A stretch of DNA of 64,000 bases from Hemiscyllium ocellatum (taxonomy: Eukaryota), in contig NC_083405.1 in the NCBI RefSeq assembly GCF_020745735.1, forward strand, positions 67,422,345 to 67,486,344. Direction: 5' to 3'. Below, in pieces: positions 1 to 11,539 of this stretch. The translations under genes were made by a program, and so were the position numbers. Under the pieces are notes generated by a model that saw only the letters and a program-made list of their open reading frames with translations, was not told the origin of the DNA and searched no databases. Within the stretch, counting starts at the first letter, position 1. Each line of letters opens with the position of its first letter.

Positions 1-1079
1 AGTCTAATGACAAAGCAGCCTCCCACCATCTCAGCTGAGATTGTCAGGACTACATTTAGATGTGATGGGAGGAAAGTTAGAAAATAACCTTATTTTGAGC
101 ACGTAAGTGGCATGGATGACAGACAATTGTAAATAAACTTGCACTCTTAAAATAAATGTTAAAGTGTCTGTCAAAAATGTTAGAGATGAGCTGCCTCTTC
201 AGATATTCTAAAAATGAAATAAGATGTAAGAACCAACTATTGCTTATCTCTCTCAAACAGCCAACTGTTGACTGATGATAGATTCAGACCAGGGAATCCT
301 TGAATTATGCAAATTAGGTCTGCAGCTAAGATTTTGTGCTTTAATGTGAACAACACTGAGCTAAATGCAATGTGCCAGAGTTGTGCTAGGTTCTAGTCTG
401 CAGACATCATTCTACACTCACACCCACCTTGTAGTTGAGAGTACAGAACCAGTGATGATTCCACACATTTCTGCAGGGAAAGGTTCATTTATTTACCAGC
501 TTTTTCAAGGGAGCATACCACTGTTCAAAGCTGGGAGCCATACAATGTATAGCTCCCACTCCATTCTTCCTCATAATGCAAGGGCTTGCCAAGAAAGATA
601 CAGAACATACTCTCACATGTTAAACATTGTCTTATCATATGCTCAAACATGTCAAGACGATTTAGTAGTCTACAGCGCTCTCAAAGATCAAAGTCTCCCC
701 AACAATGGAAGGGTCAAAAGGGGAGGCCTCAGGATTCCTGTCAACTTATTGAATAGCATGAACAATCACAGTGCAGAACATTTGCATGGCGTATGCTGAC
801 TGAAGTCTTAAAGGCCACCTAATCTTAACATCGCATCTGTCAGTGCTCTGTCTCACTGACTTCTGTTTTTTCCCAAAGAGTCAGTAAGACATGTAATGTA
901 CAGGTATTTTAAAGTGGGATCACCCAGGAAGGTATTAATAGTACAATCAAGTGGATAACAAAACATTTACTCAGTAACAGAAAATGTTAGGGACTGTTAA
1001 AAAAACAAGGTTCTTATTTACTTAGCACTAAGCATGGGCTGCTTGCCATATAATCAACAGAATGTTAAACAATTAGTGG

Positions 1080-1790
1080 AAATTCAAATCCAGCTAATTC
1101 ATCCTGGCAGGTTTCAATCCAGTTCTATATGGCTTCTTGCACTCAATGAAGCATTGCTCTGCCATGCTGTCTTGGATGTTCCTCCTGGTCAGTGACCTGA
1201 TCTTCATTCTCAACATTGTCCTCAGTAGATTGCTATCAGTCTCTCATTTCCTTTGCATCCAGAACATCTCCTCTTTGTCAGCTCCAGCTGTGAAGGGCAC
1301 ACTATACCTCAAATGATGTGGCATATTCTTATTTCTGCTGTAACTCGTTGGAGTGGTCTCGGATTGGAAACGTCCTCAAGAAGGCCTGTTCCACAATGGT
1401 CCAGGTTAGGTATGAGAAGCATTGTATCTTTGTTCTGTATTAGTGAGAAGGTTTCATAAAGGTGGCATGAGAAGCATTGTAACTTGTTCTACGTTAGCGT
1501 GAAGGTTTCTTAAAGGTAGCATGAGAAGCATTGTATCTTTGTTTTATATTAGTGTGAAGGTTTCATAAAGGTGTCATTAGCCATGTTTGTAGCAAATATA
1601 TATTGTCTAATAGTAGCTATCTCTGTGTGGTGCAAGGATCTGGGAAAAAGGTGGGAACCTGAGTGTTCTAGAGTATTTAAGAGTCATAGCAGCTTCAAGG
1701 ATATGTAGCACAAACGCCAAGCTGCATTCTCTTTATAAGTTCAAGATAACACTTCTGCTTCTATATTCAAACCCCCTTGTTTCAGCAGAG
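1080..1790 (-). mobile_element. Degenerate PIF/Harbinger transposase (C-terminal half)
   Basis: The decayed minus-strand translation VCATYP*SCYDS*IL*NTQVP...LLLDNIYLLQTWLMTP...RYNASH...TIVEQ...CALH matches HARBI1-type DDE motifs (VCARYPGSCHD, LLGDKGY..WLMTP, CALHN). Confidence 0.8.
1412..1573. repeat. Tandem triplication of a ~55-nt unit
   Basis: The unit atgagaagcattgtatctttgttctgtattagtgagaaggtttcataaaggtggc starts at 1412, 1467 and 1521. Confidence 0.95.
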
Positions 1791-1852
1791 TACAATGCTT
1801 CCAGCTGGACTCCCCTCCTCTATCCGTTCTTCTTTTCTTCCCCATAGTGCTT

Positions 1853-2106
1853 CATGATTTGGAAATGCCGGCGTTGGAACTGAGGTGTACAAAGTTAAAA
1901 ATCACACAACAGCACAATACAGCCCAACAGGTTTATTTGGAAGCACTAGCTTTCAGAGTGCTGCTCCTTTATCAGGTGGTTGTGGAGAGTGAGAAGGAGA
2001 GTAATCTTACTCTCCACAATCACCTGATGAAGGAGCAGCGCTCCAAAAACTAGAGCTTCCAAATAAACCTGTTGGACTATAACCTGGTGTTGTGTGATTT
2101 TTAACT
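1853..2106. mobile_element. Palindromic Penelope-derived element (family B) with degenerate hammerhead motifs
   Basis: It has ~95-nt inverted arms and the TSD tagtgctt (1845-1852 / 2107-2114). CTGATGA-ggagc/gctcc lies at 2024-2044. Relatives occur at 45715-46105 and 63280-63477. Confidence 0.8.
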
Positions 2107-2114
2107 TAGTGCTT

Positions 2115-2728
2115 TATTTTCTTCTTCCCACTGACGATTCCCGGATCCTGGTGAAGATTCCCAACCTTAGGCTTGCAACAATTCCTGATATTTGATGATG
2201 ATTCCTGGCCTCCAGTGAGCAACAATTCCTGGCCATCCAGCAATGACTCCAGCCTCCGGCAATGACTCCTGGCCGGGCACAGTAGCCTCCAGGCTTGCTG
2301 TGGTGACCGCCCAGCTTGGCACAGTGGCCTCCTCGCATGGCGACCTAATAGCCTGGCATAACAGCCTCCTAGCATGGCGTGGTGACCTCTTGGCCTGATG
2401 GCAGTCTGATGGCGTGTCGTTGTCAGCCCAGTGTGTTGGTCTGAAACAATCTCTCAACTGCATGATCCTCAAGGTGATGCATGGCTTGGTCTTGAGGCTG
2501 GTGCGGGCTGGAAGCTACTTGCTAGCAATGGTCTGTTGTTCAGAACTTTGATCTCTGCAATGCTGGGACATTTTATTTCTCTATTGTCGAAAAACCTTGT
2601 AACTAAAGAAGCTGTACCTAAGTAGCTTGTACTTGTCAGTGCTGTAGGTGGTGATGTATTAACCTTTCGCTATACTCATTGAATACGTGACACTAAAGAC
2701 TAATTCTAAACTGTAATTCTAAATTCTA
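2115..2728 (+). mobile_element. SINE-like element with GC-rich internal imperfect tandem repeats and a Rex1-like 3' tail
   Basis: It contains repeated caacaattcctggcc/caatgactcc units. The tail tttcgctatactcattgaatacgtgacactaaag resembles the Rex1 end at 49960-49995. Confidence 0.45.
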
Positions 2729-2904
2729 GTAACAGTCAAATTCAATTATTTAATTGCTTGTTTTAACTACGTGTTAGTATTTAGTGACACATAGTCATGG
2801 AAGCACACAATTTCTTCTGCAGTTCAACATCATCAAGCCTCTTAAATAAAAAAAATCTAAAACTGGATGATCTCAGTTCATTACACATTGGATTCAAACA
2901 GTCA

Positions 2905-3235
2905 ATATTTTGCCCACTGCCTTAGCATCTCCAAATCTCCTTCAAGTGCTTTTGAATCTTTCTTTAAACTCATAAACTCCCTAGTTTTGTCATCTGCAAA
3001 CTTGGAAATATTACGTTTAATACTGCATCTAAATTATTGATATGGATTATGAATAGCTGGAGGCAAAGCACTGATTCTTGTGGCTCCACTTGTCACAGCC
3101 TTTCAACCTGAAAACGTTTGTATATTTTTTCTGATTCATTTTTTTCTTGGCTGTTTACCAGTTCTCATTTCATGCCAATATATTCTTCTCCAATATTGTG
3201 TGCTTTGGTTTTGCTTAATGATCTCTGAAGGATGA
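2905..3235 (-). mobile_element. Old CR1 LINE RT fragment
   Basis: The minus strand reads ...SKFADD... (gtcatctgcaaacttgga on +). Confidence 0.6.
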
Positions 3236-3844
3236 CCTGATAGGGTTTATAAAATCATGAGGGTCATGAGTAGGGTAAATAGACACGGTCTTCTCCCTGG
3301 GGTAGGAGAGTCCAGAATTTGATGTCAGAGGTTAAGGGTGGGAGGAGAAAGATTTAAAAGGTACCCAAAGGGCAACCTTTTCACACCATATGTGGTGTGT
3401 GCATGGAATGAGCTGCCAGCGGAAGTGGTGGAGGTTGGTTCTTTTACAACATTTTAAAGGTATGTGCATGGGAATATGAATAGGAAAGGTTTAGAGGGAT
3501 ATGGGCCAAGTGCTGGCAAATGGGACTAGATTAATTTAGGATATCTGGTGGGCGTATAAAGCTACATAAGGGGCTCAAGAGAGGCAAAGGTGAACATTGG
3601 GCCACTGGAAAATGACACTGGATAAGTAATGGGGAACAACGAAATGGTGAGGAACTTTTAACTACTTTGCATCAGTCTTTACAGTGGAAGAAACGAGTCA
3701 TATCTCAAAAATTCAAATGAGTCGGAGAGGTGGGAATTTGGCAGAGCTGATTATGGTGGTCATCACCAAGGAGAGGGTGCTAGAAAAACTGAAAGGTTTG
3801 AAGGTAGATAAACCACCTGGAACAGATGGATTACACCCCAGAGT

Positions 3845-4163
3845 TTAGATTAGATTCCCTACTGTTTTTATGAAAACAGGCCCTTCAGCCCAACAAGTCC
3901 ACACCAACTCTCCGAAGAGTAACCCACACAGACCAATTCCTCTATCCTATAATTACCCTGACTAATGCATCTAAAACTATGGACTATTTAGCATGACCAA
4001 TTCACCGGACCTGTACATCTTTGGATTGTGGGAGGAAACCAGAGCAGCCAGAGGAAACTGACACAGGGAGAACGTGCAAACTCCCCACAGACAGTCACTC
4101 AAGGTGGGAATCGAACCCGGGTCCCTGGTGCTGTGAGGCAGCAGTGTTAACCACTGAGCCACC
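3845..4163 (-). mobile_element. HE1-type V-SINE
   Basis: It has a tRNA-like head (TGGCTCAGTGG A box, GGTTCGATTCC B box), the V-domain, and a CR1-like tail. Confidence 0.9.
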
Positions 4164-5341
4164 CCTTCTGCAGGACATAGCTAGGAAATAGCTGAAGAGA
4201 TAGTGGAGGTGTTGGTGATGATCTTCCAGGAATCACTAGAGTCAGGGAAAGTTCCAGAGAACTGGAAAATCGTTAATGCAATACCCCTGTTTAAAAAGGG
4301 AGTGAGGCAAAGGACAGCAAATTACAGCCAATTAACCTGACCTTGGTTGTTGGCAAGATTTTGGAGTCCATTGTGAAGGATAAGATTTCTTAATACTTGG
4401 AACTGCATGATAAAATAAGGCAAAGTTAGCATGGTTTCATCAAGGGAGGTCATGCCTGACTAATCTGTTAAATTCTTAGAGGAGATAACGAACAGGTTAG
4501 ACCAAGGAGAGATAATGGATGCTAGCTACTTGGACTTCCAAAAGTCTTTGACAAAGTGCCACACAGGAGGCTGCTGAGTAAGATAAGGGGCCACGGTGTT
4601 AGAGGCAAGGTACTAGCATGGACAGAAGATTGGCTCTTTGGCAAAAAGTAGAGGGTGGGGATAAAAGGGTCCTTCTCAGGATGGCAGTCAGTGACTAGTG
4701 GTGTTCTGCAAAGGTCAGTGTTGGGACCACAACTTTTTATTTTATACATTAATGATCTGGATGACGGAACTGAGAGCATTCTTACTAAGTCTGCAGATGA
4801 TACAAAGATAGGTGGAGGGACAATTAGTATTGAGGAGGTGGGGAGACTGCAGAAGGATATAGATAGGTTAGTAGAGTGAGAAAAAAATGGCAGATGAAAT
4901 ACAATGTGAGAAGATGTGAGCTCATGCACTTTGGTAGGAAGAATAGAGGCATAGACTTTTTTCCAAATGGAGAGAAAATTCAGAAGTCTGATATGCAAAG
5001 GGACTTGCGAGTCCTAGTCCAGGTTTCTCTCAAGGTCAATGTATAGGTTGAGTAAGTAGTGAAGAAGGCGAATACAACATTGGCATTTATTTTGAGAGGA
5101 CTCGAACATAAAAGCAGGGATACACTTCTGAGGCTTTATAAGGCTCTCAATAGACCACATTTAGCGTATTGTAAGCAATGTTGGCCACATACTACAGGAA
5201 GCATGCACTGGCTCTGGAGCAGGCCTGAGGAGGTTCACAAAAATGATCCCATGAAATTTAGAAGGATGAGGGGGGGATCTAATTGAAACTGACAGAATAC
5301 TGAACAGCCTGGATAGAGTGAATGTTGGGAAGATGTTTCCA

Positions 5342-6095
5342 CATGTAGGTTTGCTCGCTGAGCTGGAAGGTTCATTTCCAGATGTTTCGTCACTCTACTA
5401 TGGACCTCATATGAAGCGTTGTACATGATTCCTGCTTTCTATTTAGATGTTTGGGTTTCTTTGGGTTGGTGATGTTATTTCCCATGATGATGTCATTTCC
5501 TGTGGTTTTTTTCCTTCAGGGGGTGGTAGATGGGGTCTAACTCAATGCATTTGTTGATAGAGTTCTGGTTGGAATGCCATGCTTCCAGGAATTCTCATGT
5601 GTCTCTGTTTGGCTTGTCCTAAAATGGGTATATTGTCCCAGTCGAAGTGGAGTCCTTCCTTACCTGAATATAAGGATACTAGTGAGAGTGAGTCAAGTTG
5701 TTTTGTGGGTAGTTGATGTTCATGTATCCTGGTGGCTAGTTTTCTGCCTGTTTATCCAATGTAGTGTTTGTTACAGTTCTTGCACAGTATTTTGTAAATG
5801 ACATTAGTTTTGCTTGGTGTCTATATAGGGTCTTTCAAGTTCATTAGCTGCTGTTTTAGTGTGTTGCTGGGTTTGTGGACAGGAAATGACACCACCACAG
5901 TGAATGACATCACCAACCCAAAGAAACCCAAACATATAAATAGAAAGCAGGAATCATGTACAGTGCGGCATCTGAGGCCCACTGAAGATGTTACCCAGTA
6001 GGGCGACGAAACGTCTGGAAATGAACCTTGCAGCTCAGCAAGTAAACCTACATCCAGAACCTCAACCTAAGCTACAAATCTTCTCAAAACTCGCA
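5342..6095. mobile_element. Penelope-like element (family C), 5'-inverted, with GIY-YIG C-terminus
   Basis: The TSD aagatgtttcca flanks it. The minus strand 5540-5860 reads HFDWDN..ILGQAKQRH.REFLEAWHS, and the terminal segments are inverted. Confidence 0.85.
5979..6018 (+). ncRNA. Minimal type I hammerhead ribozyme motif (intact core)
   Basis: The sequence is cca-CTGAAGA-t-gttaccc-agta-gggcgac-GAAA-c-GTC-tgg. Stem I is cca/tgg, stem II has one mismatch, stem III is the palindromic ACGT, and the cleavage triplet is GUC. Confidence 0.75.
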
Positions 6096-6382
6096 AAGAT
6101 GTTTCCATTAGTAAGTAAGAGTGGGACCCGAGGGCACAGCTTTAGAGTAAGAAGGGAAGACTCTTTACAACAGAGATAAGGAGAAACTCTTTCAGCCAGA
6201 GGGGTGAATCTATGGAATTCATTGGCACAGAAGGCTGTGGAGGCAACATCATATTTATGACAGAGATAATTAGGTTCTTGTTTGTTAAGTGGATTGAAGA
6301 TTACAGGGAGAAAGTGGTAGAAAGTGGTTGAGAAATTTATCAGCCGTGACTGAAGGTGAAGCAGACTTAATGGGTGGAATGA

Positions 6383-6512
6383 GGTAAAAACAATGACTGC
6401 AGGTGCTGGAAACCAGATTCTGGATCAGTGGTGCTGGAAGAGCACAGCAGTTCAGGCAGCATCCAAAGTGCAGCAAAATCGGCGTTTTGGGCAAAAGCCC
6501 TTCATCAGGAAT
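6383..6512 (-). mobile_element. Penelope 3' terminal remnant (family A) with damaged HHR
   Basis: The reverse complement reads CTGATGA-agggc-tttt-gccc-aAAAcgcc. The TSD is taatgggtg(g/a)aatg. Confidence 0.8.
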
Positions 6513-7420
6513 AATGGGTGAAATGGCCTAATTTCTGCTCCAATGTCTTAAAATCTTATGAGTTTATTTGTTTGTTTGGTTAGTTAATTACATCCTCTAA
6601 AAAATCCAACTTGTTTTGTCATGAATTATTTTATTTTCATAAATCTGTATGGGAGGTAAAGTGCTGCACATATTCATTTTAGATACTTTTTAGTAATTTC
6701 TTACATGAGCAGAACCATTGTCTTGTTTAAATCAAAACATATTAATGCTCCATATTGCATGTTGTAATTTCAAGGTGACAACTACAATATCATAGTTCTA
6801 ACAAGTCACAATTATTCTTATCAATATTTGCCAGTTCTAATGTGTATGTTCAAAAGTACAGGCTGCGGCACAATTTTGAGAAGATTTCCAGGAAACTACA
6901 AGATAGTATTTGAGCATTGGATTCCCTTGGATGGATGTTAACTGCAGTTGAAAACAGTTTAATCGCAATTCTGGATTAAGGTTTGTGGCGTTACTGTGGG
7001 AAAAATGCAATAATTGTAATTATATTAGTATGCAACAGAGTTTCTAATGTTAATTTTGAATACAACTTTTCCAGGAAAGTAGTTAGTTGTTTTCTACTCT
7101 GCTCAGCCCAACCTTCTTAATAATTTAAAGACATTATGTAAAAGATGAGAACCATCTTAGATCATCTTAGTTAATTTTAACAGCTTTATAGTTTATAGCA
7201 GGTCTGCTGGGTAAAGTAATAGTCACAGATCAAGGATTAGTAATTGTTGTTACTTTAAAGAAAATGTGAAATAAAGATAGCTGATTTGGCTATTTGGTAA
7301 TTTCTGTGCAAAACATAATAAAATTCAGATTCCATTATCACTGTTTGCGATTGTTATTTAATTATAGCGATAGTGAGATGGATGAAAATTGTGTGAGGCT
7401 TGGCTGTTGGTAAACATTAC

Positions 7421-7586
7421 CTTTGATTGTACATGATCTGAGTGCTGAGTGCCCAATTAAATTTTGCCTGTTCTGGTTATTGCATTCCCCAAGGTTGAAG
7501 TACGCATCTAATGTTTTTATAACCCCTTCATATACAGCAATTTCTTCATTAATCCTCTGTCTGACAGAATTCATTTGCAAAACTAC
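7421..7586 (-). CDS. Possible downstream exon (166 nt), unassigned
   Basis: Splice sites are ttcatag|GTA ... AAG|gtaatg. The frame is open in phase 0 (VVLQMNSVRQRINEEIAVYEG...), which would complete KLKK-V. The pyrimidine tract is poor and I see no recognisable COBL homology. Confidence 0.2.
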
Positions 7587-8188
7587 CTATGAACTTGACA
7601 AGCATACTGATTGGTTCCTTGCTAGATTTTTTTGTTAGTGCCAATGCAGGTCAGTATCTCTTTAATCTACAATGCCAATTCAGTGACTTTGTAGCCTGAT
7701 TCAGGCCTGCTATGTGCCTGAAGCACATTGGTAAAGTCAAGATTTTCTCCATTGCTTCCCTTTACTCTAGCTGCACTCCACATGGCCATTTTTTCTCTGT
7801 TATTGCCATTTCTTCCAACGTCCTCTCGCTTGCCACCTTTTCATGAACTGAACTTTCACTTAATGTCTTTGTGCCTGTTGCCATCATCTGTTATCACCAG
7901 TTGTGATAGTTGTTTCATTACTTTCGTCTCATCGTAGTCCTAAACGGCTTACCTTGCATCTTTAAGTTATGGTCATTCGTTCTGTAATCTACTGCTTATG
8001 TTTGTAACATACTATATATTATATACATAAGACTAACACTCTACACTACAACTTCCCCAAGTCTCTGACTTTATTCAGTATTTTGTTTATATTATTCTAA
8101 AGTATGAGCCCAATTTTCTGATCAGTAATAAGGAGAATTGAACCAACATGTGACATGAGTATACCTCATTTGATTTGTTAGAGGAAGT

Positions 8189-8425
8189 TGGAGGAACCAG
8201 AATCTGGTTTCCAGCATCTGCAGTCATTATTTTTATTTCGCTGCTCCTTAGATGCTGCCTGAACTGCTGTGCTCTTCCAGCACCACTAATCCAGAATCTG
8301 GTTTCCAACATCTGCAGTCATTGTTTTTATTTCGCTGCTCCTTAGATGCTGCCTGAACTGCTGTGCTCTTCCAGCACCACTAATCCAGAATCTGGTTTCC
8401 AACATCTGCAGTCATTGTTTTTACC
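8189..8425 (+). repeat. Head-to-tail 94-nt multimer (~2.4 units) of the Penelope family A 3' end
   Basis: ccagaatctgg recurs at 8197, 8291 and 8385. The 13-nt TSD tgttagaggaagt lies at 8176-8188 / 8426-8438. Confidence 0.9.
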
Positions 8426-8789
8426 TGTTAGAGGAAGTGTCATGCTAAATTTTGGGATCAAAGGCCAACCTGAACTGGGGTATTGCACATGGGAAAGAGG
8501 TGATAACATGGAAAACCACTCGCTGCCAGGTATGGAAACTGCCCATTCAGTAGCAACATAAAAGAATTTTTCTGTAGAAGTGTTGCAGGAAGTAGACTCC
8601 AATTTGTACTGAGGTAATTTGTTTTTCTCCATTAAAGATACAATGCACAGGATTTGATGCTTCAATGGAGGAGAGGAAGCCAGAACAGGAACAATATATA
8701 AGGTTTCTCCAGCACTTTACCTGCAATTGAAGGTGCAGGTAAATTTTTCCCACAACTCAGTACTGCTCAAGGCCAGTTTGTCAATTTGA

Positions 8790-11525
8790 AAATGGTCTTT
8801 CTCGCAGACTTTGGTTGAGGTTGTATTGTGAGGAGGACACAAAGAGTCTGCAATGTGAAAGGCAGAATAGGTGAGTTTAGCAGATGGAGCATAATCTGGG
8901 AAATGTGAGATAATTCACTTTTTTGGAAGAATATAAAAGCAAAATATTAATTTAATCGAAACGGGCTACAGAATGTTGGAGTACAGAGTCATCTAGGTGC
9001 CCTTGTATAGAAATCATAAAAATGAACAAGTAGGTATAACAAGTAAATAGAAAGGCAAATGAAATGTTGGCCTTTACTGCAATAGGAAAAGTTAGGAAGT
9101 CAAGTTACAACTGGAAATGGTACAAGGAATTGATAATACACATCTATAGTATTATGTACAAATTTGGTCTCCTCATACAAAGACGAATATACTGCTCTAT
9201 AGGCACTTCACAGAAGGTTCACTATGAAAGATTAAACAGGTTGTTGAGGAGGGTTTGTCTATTCAGTATGGGTGGAAGTCAGTAACAGGAAAGGAGCAGT
9301 CATTTATTTCGTGTTTTCCATAGACACCCCAATAGCAACAGAGAGATAGAACAGATTGGATAGCAGATATAACAGAGTTGTTGTTATGGGTGACCTCAAT
9401 TTCCCCAATATTGACTTGAACCTTCTTAGTGCAGATGGTCTGGATGGAGCTGATTTTGTCAGGTGTGTCCAGGAAGGATTCCTGACTCAATATGTAGTAA
9501 GGCCGACTACAGAGGAGGCCACATTCGATTTGGTGCTAGACAACAAGCCAGGCCAGGTGTCAGATCTCTCGGTGGGAGAGCATTTTGGTGACAGTGACCA
9601 CAACTGCCTCACATTTACCTTAGCCATGGAGAGGGATAGGAACAGACAGGGTAAAAACTATGACTGCAGATGCTGGAAACCAGAGTCCAGATTAGAGTGG
9701 TGCTGGAAAAGCACAGCAGTTCAGGCAGCATCTGAGGAGCAGTAAAATCAACGTTTCGGGCAAAAACCCTTAATCAGGAATACAGGCAGAGAGTCTGAAG
9801 GGTGGAGAGATAAATGAGAGGGGGGTGGGGGTGGAGAGCAAGTAGCATAGAATACAATAGGTGAGTGGGGGAGGGAATGGAAGGTGATAGGTCGGCGGGG
9901 AGAGGGTGGAGTGGATAGGTGAAAAAGAAGATAGGCAGGTAGGACAAGTCATGGGGACAGTGCTCAGCTGGAAGTTTGCAACTGGGGTGAGGTAGGGGAA
10001 GGGGAAATGAGGAAACTGTTGAAGTCTACATTGATGCCCTGGGTTGAAGTGTTCCGAGGCGGAAGATGAGGCGTTTTTCCTCCAGGCGTCTGGTGGTGAG
10101 GGAGCAGCAGTGAAGGAGGCCCAGGACCTCCATGTCCTCGGCAGAGTAGGAGGGGGAGTTGAAATGTTGGGCCACAGGGCGGTGTGGTTGATTGGTGCAG
10201 GTGTCCTGGAGATATTCCCTAAAGTGCTCTGCTAGGAGGCGTCCAATCTCCCCAGTGTAGAGGAGACCGCATCGAGAGCAATGGATACAATAAATGATAT
10301 TGGTGGATGTGCAGTGCAGGTAAACCTTTGATGGATGTGGAAGGCTCCTTTAGGGCCTTGGATGGAGGTGAGGGAGGAGGTGTGGCGCAGGTTTTGCAAT
10401 TCGTGTGGTGGCAGGGGAAGGTGCTAGGATGGGAGGGTGGGTTGTAGGGGGGCATGGACCTGACCAGGTAGTCACGGAGGGAATGGTCTTTGCAGAAGGC
10501 GGAAAGGGGTGGGGAGGGAAATATTTCCCTGGTGGTGGGGTCTTTTTGGAGGTGGCGGAAATGTCGGTGGATGATTTGGTTTATGCAAAGGTTGGTAGGG
10601 TAGAAGGTGAGCACCAGGGGCGTTCTGTCCTTGTTACGGTTGGAGGGGTGGGGTCTGAGGGCAGAAGTGCGGGATGCGGACGAGATGCTTTGGAGGGCAT
10701 CTTTAACTACTTGGAAAGGGAAATTGCGGTCTCTAAAGAAGGAGGCCATCTGGTGTGTTCTGTGGTGGAACTGGTCCTCCTGGGAGCAGATACGGCGGAG
10801 GCGGAGGAATTGGGAATACAGGATGGCATTTTTGCAGGAGGTAGGGTGGGAAGAGGTGTAATACAGGTAGCTGTGGGAGTCAGTGGGTTTGTAAAAAATG
10901 TCGGTGTCAAGTCGGTCGTCACTAATGTAAAAAATGTCGGTGTCAAGTCGGTCGTCATTAACAGTATGGGAAAGTATTTTATTGGGGAAGGGGAAATTAT
11001 ACTGCTGTTAGACAGGAGCTACGGAATATAAATTAGGAACAATTGTTCTACGGGAAATGCACAACAGGAATATGGAGGCTGTGTTTGGAGCACTTGTCCC
11101 ACTGAGACAGGAAGGAATGATAAGGTGAAGGGGCCTTAGATTACAAGAGAAGAGGAGCTTCTTGTTCAGAGAAAGAAGGAAGCTTACTTAAGGTTGAGGA
11201 AGCAAGGATCTGGCACAGCTTTCAAGGATTTCAGGGTTGTTAGAAAATAACTCAAAAATGGACTGAGGAGAGCTAAGAGGGGCATGATAAAAGCCTTGGC
11301 GGGAAAGGCCTAAGACATTCTACACTTACGTGAGGAATAAGAGAATGATCAGACAGAGGGTCGCGCCGATCAGGGATAGTGGAGGGAACTGTTGCCTGGA
11401 GCCTGAAGTGGAAGGGGAGGCCCTAAATGAGTTTTTTGCTTCAGCATTCACGAGAGAGGGATCACGTTGATAGTGAGAACACTGTTGACCAGGTTAATAG
11501 GCTTGAACAGATTGATATTATGAAA
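8790..11525 (+). mobile_element. CR1 fragments: old RT piece 8790-9265; APE endonuclease region 9270-9648 resuming at 10960-11525
   Basis: APE motifs VMGDLNFPNID, TFDLVL and GDSDH are present. The copy is split by a Penelope insertion. Confidence 0.85.
9649..10958 (-). mobile_element. 5'-truncated Penelope-like element (RT C-terminus + GIY-YIG + pLTR), family A
   Basis: It reads FYKPTDSHS...CKNAILYSQFLRLRRICS, PLVLTFYP and YTGEIGRLLAERF. An HHR-like motif lies at ~9745-9780, and a 36-nt duplication marks the 5' end. Confidence 0.9.
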
Positions 11526-11539
11526 GGCTTGCACTCAGA

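Larger units (their letters stand above)
3232..6560 (+). mobile_element. CR1 LINE fragments: 3' end at 3232-3555, then an ORF2 copy interrupted by a SINE and two PLE insertions
   Basis: RT motifs SGVLQRSVLGPQLFILYINDL and KSADDTK, the motif LYKALNRPHL, and a CR1 3' UTR are present. Confidence 0.9.

Noticed and set aside
365-799. 144-aa ORF
   Set aside because: It has no recognisable domain, and the homologous copy near 12700-13200 does not keep the frame.
1412-1573. CRISPR-like array
   Set aside because: The units are contiguous with no unique spacers, the context is eukaryotic, and the unit derives from a Harbinger transposase.
8197-8425. CRISPR-like repeat-spacer pattern
   Set aside because: The would-be spacers are identical; this is a tandem multimer of a PLE end.
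10405-11031. 208-aa Gly/Val-rich ORF (and similar ORFs at 30457-31054)
   Set aside because: It is the antisense shadow of the Penelope ORF.
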